Origin: Camelus ferus
Lineage: Eukaryota
NCBI RefSeq assembly: GCF_009834535.1
Contig: NC_045707.1
Span: 50,718,001-50,782,000, forward strand
Length of the DNA: 64,000 bases
Reading direction: 5' to 3'
In this document: positions 25,370 to 39,000 of the stretch, piece by piece
Numbering within the stretch: position 1 is the first letter of the stretch
Layout of the letters: each line of letters starts with the position of its first letter
Position numbers and translations under genes: made by a program
Notes under the pieces: generated by a model
What the model saw: only the letters and a program-made list of their open reading frames with translations
Told to the model about the DNA's origin: nothing
The model's database searches: none

Positions 25370-27888
25370 GAAGTGTACAAATTTCTTGAAAGACACAAAA
25401 ATGTAAAACACATAAAAAAATAAATAATACAAGTAAAGCTACATCTATTAAAAGCATTAATTAATAATTAATAACATTTCAAAAAAGAAAGCAAGGCCTA
25501 GATGGTTTCCCTGGGAAATTCTACCAAACACCTAAAGAATAAATTACACCAGTTCTCTACAACCTCTCCCCCAAAATATAAGCAGATGGAACACTTCTTA
25601 ACTCATTCTTTAAGACCAGCATTATCCTAATACCAAAACCAGTTAAAGACATTACAATAAAACTATAGACCAATATCTCTCATGAACATAGATGTAAAAA
25701 TCCTCAATAAGATATTACAATGAAACCAACAATGTATTAAAAGAATATCTACCATGACAAAATGGGATTTACTCCAGGTATGCAAGGCTGGTTTGACATT
25801 CAAAAGTCAATTAATGTACATTTCAACAATATTAAAAGTTAAACCATGATGCTATACACCTTAAACTTATACGGTGTCAATTATACCTCAATAAATATGG
25901 AAAAAGAATTTCAACAAAGGCAATCTATTACTTCAACAGGCTAAAGAAGAAAAGATAAAGGGTTAAGTCAATAGATTCAGAAAAAGCATTTGGCAAAATC
26001 CAACAAACACTCTCGTGATAAAAGCTAGGCAACTAGGAATAGAGAGGAATTTCCTCAACTTAATAAAGAATATCTACAAGAAACCAACAGCTAAGATCAT
26101 TCTCAATGGTGAGAAACTTGAAGACTTCTCACTAATGTCAGGTACAAGACAAGGACATCCCTTCTCACTACTTGTTTCCAATATCATACTTCAAGTCCTA
26201 ACAACAAGCCAGAAAATAAAACAAGAAAAAGAATTTTTAAAAAACGGAACATTGGTTGGGAAGGAAGAAATAAAACTATCTTTGTAGATGATATATGATC
26301 GTTTAGGTATAAAATCCAAAAGAATGGACAAAAAAGCTCCTGGAACTACTAAGCAATTGTAACAAGATTTCAGGATACAAGGTTAGTAGACAAAGTCAAT
26401 TGTATTCCTATGTATCAGGAATGAACAAATGGAATTTAAAATTTTAAAACACATCACCATTTACATTACCAACCCCCAAAACTGAATACTTAGGTATAAA
26501 TCTAAGAAAATGCATATAAAATCTATATGAGAAAAACTATAAAACACTGTTGAAAAATCAAAGAAGATCTAAATAAACAGAGACACATTTTACATTCATG
26601 GATAGGAAGACTCAACAATTAAAAGGTTTGTTCTTCCCAAATTGATCTATAGACCAAGGCAATCCCAATCAAAATCTCAGCAAGTTATTTTATGTATGTC
26701 AAAACCCCATACTAAAGTTTATATGGACAGGTAAAAGACCCAAAATAGCCAATACAATATTGAAGGAAATGAGCAAAGTCAGAAATGTGACACTCCCTGA
26801 CTTTAAGACTTACAATAAAGCTACGGTAATCAAGACAGTGTGATATTAGCAAAAGAATAGACAAATAGATCAATGGACCAAAATATAGTACAGAAGGAGA
26901 GCCACACAAATATAGTCAACTGAACTTGAATAAAGGAACAAAGACAATACAATGGAGGAAAGATAGCCTTTTCAACAAATGATGCTGGAATAACTAGACA
27001 TCCACAAGCCAAAAAAGAAAAAAAAAAAAAAAAGAATTCAGACACAGATTTTATACTCTTCATAAAAATTAACTCAAAATGGATCACAGGCCAAAATGTA
27101 AAACACAAAACTAATAAAACTCCTATAAGATGACATAGGAGAAAGCCTATATGAACTTGGGAATGGTGATGACTTTTTAGATATAACACCAAAGGCATGA
27201 TCTATGAAAGAAATATTTGATAAACTGTACTTTATTAAAATTAAAAATTTTGCTCTGCAAAAGATGATGTCAAGAGAATGAGAAGACAAACCACAGGCTG
27301 AGAAAAAAGATTTGCAAAAGATACATTTGCTAAAGAACTATTATCTAAAATGCACAAAGAACTCTTAAAAATCAATGATCAGAAAATAAACAACCCAATT
27401 AAAAAAAGGGCCAAAGCCCTTAATGGACATATCATCAAAGAAAATATACAGATGGCAAATAAGCATATGAAAAGATGTTCCACATCATATGTCATTGAGG
27501 AAATGCAATTAAAACAATGAGATACCACTACCTACCAATTACAATGGCCAAAGTCCAGAATACTGGCAACACTAAATGCTGATGAGGATATGGAGCCAAA
27601 GGGAGCTCTCATTTATTGCTGATAGGAATGCAAAATAGTACAGCCCCTTTGGAAGACAGTTTGGCAGTTTCTTACAAAGCTAAACATAGTCCTACTATTC
27701 AAATCATAAAAAGACATGGAGGAACCTTAAATTCATATCACTTAAGTGAAAAAAGCCACTCTGAAAAGACTACATTACTATATGATTCCAACCAGAAAAC
27801 AGCCTGGAAAAGGCAAAACTACAGATACAGCTGAAGTTTCAGTGGTTGCCAAGGTTTTGGTAGGGGCAAAGTCAGGGGAGTGGGGGAG

Positions 27889-27964
27889 TAAATAGGTGAA
27901 ACACAGTGGAAATTTAGAGCAGTGAATAAATAGGTGAAACACAGTGGAAATTTAGAGCAGTGAA
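27889..27964. repeat. Perfect 38-bp tandem duplication
   Basis: TAAATAGGTGAAACACAGTGGAAATTTAGAGCAGTGAA x2, identical. Confidence 0.95.
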
Positions 27965-29028
27965 TTTGAATGACATGATAATGGTGAATACATGACATTA
28001 TACATGTATCAAAAACCACAGAACTGTACAAAAGAGTGAATCTTAATGTAAACTACAGACTTTAGTTCATGGTAATACATCAATATTGGTTCATTAATTG
28101 TGATAAATGTACACAGTAATGCAAAATGTTAATAATGGAGAAAACTGCTGTGAGTGTGTGGGTATAGGGGGTGGTCTATGAAAATTCTTTGTACTGGCTG
28201 CTCAATGTTTTATAAATCTAAAACAGTCCTTAAAAGTCAAGTCTATTAAAAAAAGAAAAATATTAAAAGTATTTACTCTGTCTTTGCAAAGAAACAAGTG
28301 CTTGCCCTGGTAAAAACTCCAGTTTTATTTGTCTTTCTTTACCACTCAAAATACTAATATCATGACTCTCAAATTCCAAACTGTTCCCTAACAGAAACCT
28401 TATTTTATTATTTTCACTGTTTTATCCCAAGTCAGAGTTAATATATTCCCTCATATGTGCCCTTCTTGTGTTACGCATCACTATCTGATTCCATTATTGC
28501 TTATGTACTTGTCTCATCTTATCTGCTTAATCATAAGATACTATTTATTTCCCACAGTACCTTGGCTATGAATTCTGAAGCAACATTAATACAGAAGTTT
28601 AGAGCTGGAAGGGGAGATGCTGATACCTGATAAACTCTCCTAGATCATCGCAGACTAGGCTGGCTATTTTGAATGCTTATTTTCAGATTCCATACAATAA
28701 TTTTTGTTCCTTCCAAAAAAATTTTCACAGCTCTTCCCCTTTTGATTAAAAGCCTCAACCAAACAGAGGAGCATTTACTAGATATTATGAATAAATCTAA
28801 TTAGCAGTGTTTTCTGAAATGAATCAACTTTCCTAAGGGAAATATACAGGGTGGCCATAAAGTTTGGCAACATAGATGAACATGAACACTAAATGGCTTG
28901 TGGCTATTATGTTACAACATGTGATCTGTTCAACGTGCTGCTCCTCGTCACCAATGAATAGGGCACACTGAGGGATCATTTTCATTAATCTCTACTTGTG
29001 CATCTGGGATGTGTTCCCTCAGATGGCT

Positions 29029-29500
29029 TGTATGTTAGTTTGTTAGGGCTGCTGTTAAAAAGTACCACAGCTTGGTGGCTTAAGCAACAGAAATGCATTA
29101 TCTCATAGTTCTGGAGTTTAAAAGTCTGAGGTCTGGGGTTAGCAATTTTGGTTTCTTTGAGGGCCGTGAGAAAGAATGTTTCATTCCTGTCTCCTAGCTT
29201 CTGGTGTTTTGCTGGCAATCTTTGGCTCTCCTTGGCTTGTAGACACATCACTCCTATCTCTGCCTTCAGATTCACACAGTATTCTCCCTGTGTGTAGAAT
29301 CTCCCTGTCTGTGTCCAAATTTTCCCTTTTTATAAGGACATCAGTCATATTAGATTAAGGTCTCACCCTACTCCAGTATGACCTCATCTTTACTTAATTA
29401 ATTATATCTGCAACAACTCTATTTCTAAATAAGGTCACATTCTGAAGTACCAGGAATTAGGGCTTCAACATATGAAATTGGCAAGGACACAAATACGCAA
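29029..29500 (-). mobile_element. MaLR LTR (MLT1B/C-like)
   Basis: TGTATGTTAGTTTGTTAGGGCTGC...AAGTACCACA...GGTGGCTTAAGCAACAGAAAT...TAAGGTCACATTCTGA...CTTCAACATATGAA. Confidence 0.88.
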
Positions 29501-30036
29501 TAGTTTGTATCTCTAATTTTCACCGAATAAACCTGCACCTTAAGTGTATTTTAGAAGAAGTAATCAAGAAAACTCCACTATTTAAATACAAATCTATACT
29601 CCCAGTATTCATGGCCATCCTGACTGGTATGGCAGCATTGAGCACAGGCTTTGAATACGTAGATTTTGATATCTCAAGCACTTAAAATCATTTTAAACTT
29701 TGGAAACTACTTAAATGCTCTCCACCTTAGTTTTCTTATATATAAAATGGGACTAAGTACTATATATGCACACAGATTATTCCAAATATTAAATAAGATA
29801 ATTTACATACAGCATTTATGAGAGTACCTATCATCATTTTAATCATTTTTCTCCAGAAAAATTCCTGATAGAATATAAGATTCTATGATCTGTCTGTCTA
29901 GTTCAGAGCTCAAATCCCAATGCCAATTATAATACCTCAAACATAATGGTGCTCCACAAAATCTTTTTCAGATGAGTATCTGCTTTTCTACTTGATCATA
30001 CTTCAAACTGAATTACTGACTCTTGCACATATAGAA

Positions 30037-30038
<2 letters not shown>

Positions 30039-30072
<34 letters not shown>
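30039..30072. repeat. (AC)17 microsatellite
   Basis: Read directly from the sequence. Confidence 0.95.
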
Positions 30073-30075
<3 letters not shown>

Positions 30076-33000
30076 TCTGCTCAACCTAAGACATCATTAC
30101 ACACAAAATCCCAGTTCTAGGATCTCATTTTTACACCAGGAATAGTAAAGCATCTACTTAGGAGTCTTAACACCATTAAAGTAGAAATGGTTACCGGACC
30201 AATGTGACAGGACAATCAGATGAAGAACTAAACTGTACTTACTTTTTCTGTAGGTATATCAGGAAAATGAGAATCACTTTTCCTTTCTCTCTCTAAAAGA
30301 TATGTAATATTTTTGTGTTACAGAGACTTTTGCTCTCAAATTTAATGAAAAAGAAGCTGGATTATTTTAGAAAGAGGACGTCTCCCAGGGATAAAAGAAA
30401 GAGAAGTATCCTGACTCCAGAAGGAGGGGAGATTTCTGAGGACTGGAAAACATTCTGGGAGGGGCTAGAAACTCAAATGTAAGTGGGCCTAGAATGTTTG
30501 GGGAACTAACCCTTAATAACCAAGCCTATACATGCCAGCCTATACAATAGACACCCTTTGAGGTGATGTAACCCTTCTTAACTCCAAGATAAGGAAGAAT
30601 GTTTAATTTAATTCAGAAAAAAAAACAGTTTGTTTTGGAATAAACTTACGTCTGATATAACAATGTAACAAAATCCTAACCTATCCTGCTTTACCAAACC
30701 CATCTTGAAACCTATCCTGTTTCCTTTGGAGCTAGATCTACAGGTCAGCTGGGGTCTCCCAGGATTTCAGGGTATCTCTTTTCTGGGGAAAAAAAGAGTA
30801 AAGAAAAATAAAGATTAGGTGGGACAATTAAGTTCTAATGTCAGAGAGAACATCATCTTATTGACCAAACTGAAGAAAGATGGAACATCTTGGTGCTTAG
30901 AAAGGTAGCTGAATGCATGTTACTAAAGTATTTGATAGAATAGGTGGTAAGATCATGTTCTTTGCTTGGTACAGTGAGATGATTCACATTAAACAAGCAA
31001 ACTCTAGACGGTACTGGATAAATTTGTGATACTAAATGGGAACATTTAGAAATAAATAGACCTTTTTTTCATTCCAAAGACAACTGTGAGGTGGTAGGAA
31101 ACCTCTCTCTACATTTGAGATCTCAGAACAGGTAGATAACTGCACAGACCAGAAACGGAGACCACATTCTCCATATTTTTCTATTAATTTCTAAGAGAGG
31201 ATAAAATATATGCCCTCTTGTGGTAGGGGATAAAAGGGAAAGAAAAATGAAAGCTGTCTGGTATCTTAATCTCTTCAGAAGATTGAATATGACATTGAGA
31301 TATTTGTAGAATATTAAGACAATCTGTGTGGGGTGGGGGGACAGTGTTTTTTATACTTGTAGCCAAAAAAAAAAAAAATTCTAAATAAATAATGTCTTAA
31401 AAAAACAGAGTAATCTAAAACATGCTCATTTCAAAATGCTCACTGAAACACAAATTTATTTATTCAGCTAGCAAATCATTATCAATCGCCAATTACATAC
31501 CAGTCACCATGCTAACACCTCTTTCTTCCCTCTTTCCCATATCTTACCACAACCAAACAAATAATATTACACCTATGTCTCTCATCTTAGATCTTCTCCT
31601 CTCAGAACACACTTACTTTCTAGAATCCATTCCCTACTCTGGCTAATGTTAGCATCTCTCATTTCCTCGATACTCCTTAGCTGAGTGTTGTCTTAACTGG
31701 GCAGATAAACCAGCAGAAATAAGTTGTTTGGAATATAATGTATTTCTGAAGTAGCTACAGAGATCAGGATTAAATATACTAATAAAAGATATGGGTTTCC
31801 CCCACTATCCAAAAGTAGAGCATTCCTATGAAATCTCTTAGAAGCCAAAATGGCACAAAGTGAAGAGGAAATTACCTTAGGACACATCTTGCTAACAGAT
31901 GCACAAAATAAATCAAGATAAAGCACAGGTGCCCACAGGCCTAGGTCAAAGCTTATGGCAGCTTGATGCTGAGATGCCGAGTGTGGTTCCTGGGAAGGAG
32001 TTTGGCAGTATCACTCTCAATGCTTGGGTGTATGCTGCCTCTATAATGGCTCCCTGCAAAACCAATGCTGAATGCTATCTTTTTTTTGTCTTTTTTCGTA
32101 AAATCCTCTTAAAATTTCTTTCAGTTAGAAAAATTAGGTACTAAAGTTGGTCTCTCATAAAAGCAAAGTGGTATAATAGAGAGCTTTCAAAAAGTGGTGA
32201 ATACTTATTATAATAATAGCTATAATGGTCAAATTGCTTTTTTCTGGACTCAGTCACATTGAAGACTTACTAGATACCTTAATTTTATACAACAATATAA
32301 TCTCAAGCAAGAAGCTAAGTATATTTAGAACTTTGAATCAATTATATCCTAGTTTTTAAAAATCTCTGGAACCTTCCAGTTGATATTTTCCTTTGACTAG
32401 ATTTTCTAATTTTTGTGACCAATACCTCTTGCCTTACTGACTAGTTATTTTGGATCTTTACTGCTTCTCAAATTCAAAAGAAGGAGAAGGTGGAAGTGAA
32501 AACAGCACTCCCCAAGTGACTCTGATATTTCAGGAAAGTCATTTAATCCTCTCAATAACTCTAGAACGTAAGTACAATTTTCCCTATTTTAAAAAGGAGG
32601 CTCTGAGAGGCTACAGAGCTTGCTCAAGTTTCACAGAACTAGCGAATGAATAACAGAGCAGAGAACCAAGATTGAAATCTGTCCATGTTTCTTTCACTAA
32701 AATGCATTTCTTTCCCAAACTAAGAACTTCAGCTTCTTTTAAAATTCCTTGTCCTATCATTCCTAGATTAATTAATAATACCACTATTACATTCTATTTC
32801 ACAAACAGAAAACTTAGTCACTAACCACTCTTCCTCTTTCATTGTGTCTACCTCTTCTCTCTCACTGATTGGTCACCAGTTCTTGTCAAGTCCACCATCC
32901 CCAAACAGTACCCCACCTGTCCTGTCTGTTTCCATGATGAGTAATACATTTGAGATTCTCACATTGCCTACTTACTACTGACTACTATTCCTCTCATGGG

Positions 33001-35479
33001 TTTTTTTTGGAAGGGGTCCATTCTCCTTTCTGTTACCAAAGTGATCTCTAGTACATGTCACTTCTTCTTCAGCTTACATTATACATCAGACCCTTACCAA
33101 TGTACCCCCAGCCTTATTCCCATCCTTACCTCCTGCCCCATAGGACTTCTCTCCATCCTTCACACTCACTATGCTCATGATACTGCCTTCAACCAAAATA
33201 CTATTCTCCTTATTCCCCTAGAGTCTTTCACAAACACCCTATGCCCTCAGTAACCTTTCTTGGTCATTTCACATCTCCCTAAACACAATACAGTGCTTCA
33301 TAATATGCGAGTCTCTTAATGGGTGAGCCTTTATGCAAACTTCTTTCACAGCACTTAACCAATCACTCCATAATTCTTTGTCTACAAGCTTAAGTTTCTT
33401 CAAGACTCCATGTTACCAAAAAAAAAAAAAACCTCTGTTATAGATGTTGAACACATTGTATGGTGATGGTGTTCTTTAGCTCTGTAGGTTCTCAAATTCA
33501 TTGTAGTTTTGGAGTGAAATTTCAGTCGCCATTAAAAAAGCAAAAATACCTGCATAACAAATTGGCAAAGAATCTATTAAAGAGAACACTTAATATTGGA
33601 ACAAGTTTTGAAAAAATAAAAATCTGTGGCCATTTAATGATCATTAGCATGCCTCTGAATACAAAGAATGGATTTAATTCAAAAGAAAAATTTATCTTTA
33701 AAATGTTTTTAAGTTGTTTAAAATTAAAACTAATAAAGCATTGAATGCATACAGCTGTTTCTCTATTTTAAAAAAAACTGGCACAGAATTTCTTGGTCTT
33801 AAATAAGCATTTCAAAGACATTGCTTAATAGGAATACTAAAACACTCTTATTCAAACAGCAATTGTTTTCCAAACATTAGTTTAAGAAAGAACGTCTCTC
33901 TAGACTTCAAGTATTAGAATATTTTACAGTTATCAGATTCCCTCTTTTCCCTTCCCATAGGTCCCCTGGCCAAATTATACCCATGTCAGGCCCAAGAGAA
34001 AATTCTCTCCTCTTAGAAGCTTCCCCTAGCCCTCCCCAACCCTCACATGGAAAAGCAGAGTTCATTGTTCCCCAGGCTGAAGTTCCACTTGTACATTGTA
34101 GACACCATTATTATAATTGTTGCCTTTGACTATCACCATTTATACGTGTAGCTATTTCTCCTGCTAGACTGAGGCCTCCATGCAGACAAGGGCCACTCCT
34201 ACTAATAGGCAACAGAAACGTAACGAAGAATAAAAAAGAATAAACCTTCCAACTAATCATGGTGGAATAGCAGCAAATTGGCAGAACACAAGCAGATTCC
34301 AGTACTATTCCTTTACTCAGAGAAAAATTCTGGCAGTGATTCTGTCTTGTCACTGTAGCTTACAACTGTGAAAATCCAGGCATTAAAAGAAGAGAGGCAA
34401 TCAGTCAGGTGTTTGTTGGAAATCACTGAAAACCCTAACAATGAACTTTGGTGTCCCCAAATATAGCTTGGGGAAGGAGGCAGGACGTGTTGGAAGAAAC
34501 GGGAAAAATACAACTTTTTCTAACATGTGTGCTTAAGACAAGGTAGCATAAAATTTGAATAAACAGTGAACTTGTATATGCTCCACCCAGAAAGCATAGA
34601 GACTAGAGCATTTCCTTGGGAAAAAAAAATCTACTGTTGTGCTTAACTTTGGGCTATTTTTCTCATTGTCAGATGTGTCATTCTGAGGAAGAAATATATG
34701 TAACTGTCTCAGATAAGGGGAACAAGATGGTTAAGAAAGTGCTGAGATACTGCTAAACTGCTCTGGGCTCAACACAGCAAACAATGCTTTTGACTGAGTT
34801 GATGGCTCTTCCCAAGGCAAAACAGAACCAGAATGCCTCAAAGAAACAGCAAGGCTACCAACCCCCTAGGGCAATGGTCCTTTTTTAGGTTCTATGACCT
34901 TTTGAAAACCTGACAGAAAAAAGTATATGATCTATTTCCAAGAAAAAGACATATATGCAGTTTTTTTTTTTTTTTTTTAATATCATGAGGTTCCAGAAGC
35001 CCATCCATCCTTGTGAGGATAAACCCCCTGAGGAAGTCAGATGCAGCTCCAGCAGAAGCAGCCAGACTGGTGGGCTTTGGAACTCATAACAGCAAAGACG
35101 ACTTTCAGAGGCTAGGTGTAATCTTCCAGAGGCTGAGTCAGTCCTCTGGGAGACAAACAGAGTAGCTGCGAACTGAGTAAGAGGTTGCCATATGCTAAAA
35201 GCATTTGGGACCCCAAGCCAGAGGAAAATAGAGCTATGTGAAATGAGTCTGAGGTAGGAGGTTCAGAGCATCACTTCCCTGCTCTGACTATCTGTCTAAG
35301 TGAGGTTACCTTGGGACAGTTTCTAGGCTGTAAGTGGGCATGGTCTTCCTTACTTTCCCTCCTGGAGCTCTCCCTTTGAAAAAACTTAGCAAGAAGGGAA
35401 TACAAATCTTTGAAACTGGTGTGTCTCTAGCCCAGCATAACTCCTGTTGATGATCTCATAAGAATACTAAACGGGTGAC

Positions 35480-36002
35480 TGCATTAGCCAGGGTTCTTCA
35501 GAGAAATAGAATATATATACACACACATATACATACATACACACACACATACACACATATACATACATACATATATATAAAAAGAGATTTATTATAAAGA
35601 ATTGGCTAATGTAAATATGGAGGCTGAGAAGTCTACAGTCTGCAAACTGGGTACTCTGAAGAGCTTATGTAATTATTTGAGTCTGAGTCTGAAGGCCCGT
35701 AAATCAGGACCACTGATGGTGTAAGTTTCAGTCCAAGTTTGACCCCAGGAGCAAGAGAAGACTCAAAGACAGGCAGAGATAGGAAATTCTTTCTTACTGT
35801 GCCAATTTTCATTCTATTCAAGCCTTCAACGGATTGGATGAGGCCCACCCACATTGAATAGAGCAATCTGCTTTATTCAGTCTGCCAATTTAAATCTCAT
35901 TCTCACCCAGAAACACCCTCACAAAAAATCCAGAATAATGTTTAACCAACTATCTGAGTACCCCATGGCCTAGTCAAGTTGACATATAAAATTAACCAAC
36001 AC
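35480..36002 (-). mobile_element. ERVL LTR (MLT2-like) with an internal CA/TA microsatellite
   Basis: ATTAGCCAGGGTTCTTCAGAGAAA...GAGATTTATTATAAAGAATTGGCT...GGATGAGGCCCACCCACATT...GTCAAGTTGACATATAAAATTAACCA. Confidence 0.9.
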
Positions 36003-39000
36003 AATGATTTCTAGTAGAAGGACCTTGGAAACTTCTAGGGAATCCAACCATAGTCCAGAGAAGAACATTAAAAAGCCTTCAGTCAGCTATTGCTGACTAT
36101 TATAAATATATTTAACAAAAGCAGTCAAGAGGACATATGGACTGTACCACTCCTCTCTACCATGAGCAAAGTAAAACAGCCCAAACGTATGAGCTATTTC
36201 TTAGATCTTATCCCAAAACATGAGCAAAAATATTTTATTTTTATATTTTAAGATAATATATGTATTGAATGTGTATCAAGAATACATTGCAATGTATGCC
36301 TTCCTGACCAGCTTTTGCAAAGGGTTGTTTTCTTTGTGTTTGTTGTCTTCTGAGGCTATTATGATAGTTTAAGGGGTTACACAATATTTATCTTGGCAAA
36401 AAGTGGTCTGATTTTTGCAAAAATGAGTATGTAGTACCCTAACCCACTATATCACAAACACAGAAAACTAGAAGATTCTGAAAAAACAATTTTTTTAATT
36501 TTAACTGTTGCTTGGATTTTAAAATGAGATCAAGGATGATTCTTAAAAAGTACTGAATATTTGGTCATTTAAGAATGTACCTATCAGTGATTTTATAATA
36601 TCTGATAGTCTTCTCATTTATCTATGAGTTCTAGGACCCAGAGTTTGGTCAACTGGCAGTCATCCATGCTAATAAAGATGAGTGATTTTAATGACAAATA
36701 ATTTCAAACCATGAACAACCTAAAGCAAACTATATTTGACTTCAGATGTTTTATGAGTTTTGTTTTTCACACTAAGCTTTCCTATATTTTGCTGACACAC
36801 ACCACAGCCTTCTTCATGATTACCTATCAATGGCACAATAGAAGGAAATTCAGATCCTAAAACTCTACTTAATATTTGGATATTAAATTACAAAGGAGTC
36901 TTAGATAACCCATGTAGTAAATAAATCTTGCACAGTTAATTTAAAATTGAATATACACAATAAATCCAGCTTAAGAAAAATGTAGACAGTGACTTTACTA
37001 AACTAAAGCCTATGGGAACGGAGGGGAGCAGAAATATTCTCATCCCCTTTACTGTTAAGTTTCCTCACTAATATCTCCCCAATATAACTCTAATGCACTT
37101 TCTCCACTGCCATGCAAGGCTTTAATGGCAGAGAGAAGGGAACAGATTGATTTTTTAATAATAATTTAAGGAAAATACTCTGAGGCTCTTCTCTACTAGG
37201 TTCTGAAGACTGGATAAGGAAAAACAAGGAAACTGGATTTTTGTATATAATAATCTAATTTATTTTTATGAATTTTAATATATATATATTTACTTATGTA
37301 TAATGTACATCTTTATAGATACTTAGTTATTTAATGGGACACTGCTGCTTTGAAAGCTGTTAAATCACAGAAAAATTCAGGTGTGGGGAAAGCTTGAATG
37401 TACACCATCAGTTAGAGGAGACTCTGAAATGGTCTCCAGCATGTGGTTCTTTCCTAAGCGTACTCCTGCTCTCTTTCCCAATCTCCTGATTTCTCCATTA
37501 TCTCTTCCTAACCTATTGTTCCCCACTTCTTTTCCTTCTCAGCCTAACTCCCTTGGACTTTTTAGCTATGATGTTTTCTCTCTCAGGTAGCACCCACACT
37601 GTCCCTTTTTGTCATGACATCCTGTGAGGAAATCCCTCATCTTCCAAGTTTTCCTTCTCAATACCTTCCTCCTCCTAAGATTCCCTTTCTAACGTCCACA
37701 TCTTCTGAGGTTGTGCTCCTTCTTGGTCTCAATCATGGCCTCTCAGGCCAACTTCTCAAGAATCACTATCCAGATAGTAGTTTCTTAACCACTGATAAGG
37801 TAAAATGAAGAAAGGGAGGCCAGAAAATTAAGGGAACACAAAGGCAAAAGGACAAATTAACAGCAAATCTTTTCAATACTGGCTGTGCATCTCAGGGCAG
37901 GGGAGCTGGCAATAGGTCACAATATCCAGAAATCACTTTGACAGCCCAACATCGGTCATGACTGAGAGCCAGGCCCTGTCTGTGCCTGGCGCCAGGTCTG
38001 TGGCACCAATTTATATCTCCCTTTAAGGCCCCTGACTCCTGATATAATCACCAATGCAGGGTGTGCAGTGTCAACCACAATTAATACCCACATTCACCTT
38101 TTAATCCCAGGCATTAGACTACTGACTAGCAGTAAAGATTCTTTTCCCCAAAGATTAAAATTCACTATACTTAAGGAACAGTATCTATAAAATCCTGTCT
38201 GTTTGGGCTAGCATGCACCAATACGAACTGGATAAGTTTTAACTTGAGGACAACAATTTGAGACAAATTAATGTTCCCAGAAGTGTCTCTATGTATCTTT
38301 AAACTGAAAAGCTCAAGGAGGAGAAAAAGAAATTCAGAGCTATAGACGGTATACGGACTGTGAATTTTTTATTCGTGAATCACCATTACTGAGTGTGGCT
38401 TTGTATTTCTTAATCTGACGACAATTTTGGAGGATAAAACAGTGGCTAAGAAAAAACAAATTGCAAAGCAGGCATTGTATCAATGGCAGGATTCCAGGAT
38501 GATAGTGAAAAACCACCCAAACCACCCTGTGACTGATGACAAAGTCAAATTGTTTTTCCATCAAAATTCTCTTCTATGAGACCTGCCAATCAAGTAAACT
38601 ATTAATCTTTTAAAAGTCAGATGATCTGTAAGAGTTCAGTCTCTCCAACACTGCCCATCTTTTTCATTGCAATCAAACAGCAGTCTTATATATCTGGATA
38701 AAATTTGACCCTTATACCATCATGTAGGGTATAATTGTATATGAAATCACTTTTAGCAGGATATTGCTAAACTTAGGGACATTTAAAAAATATTAACTTA
38801 CATAATGTGTAAGTATGATATTTATGTTTCCAAAATGGATCATCTTAAACATGAGGCAGTTCGAAAATGCAATATACTATGAGTAACTTAAGAGTCCCCA
38901 AGTTTGCAAGACTTCAGAGTTGTCCTTTCTTTTAATATCCAAATAAAAGTCACTCAGCTCTCCATCTTGCATGATTGCAGATACCCATGTCCCTTTCATC

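Larger units (their letters stand above)
25040..28260 (+). mobile_element. L1MC-like LINE: decayed ORF2 (RT region) plus 3' UTR
   Basis: Residual ORF2 peptide KPTAKIILNGEKLEDFSLMSGTRQGHPFSLL (ORF 26015-26287). DNA motif GGTATGCAAGGCTGGTT. L1MC 3' end ...AAGTCTATTAAAAAA. Confidence 0.92.

Noticed and set aside
27889..27964. CRISPR-like direct repeats
   Set aside because: Two abutting copies with no spacer, no cas genes, and a mammalian context.
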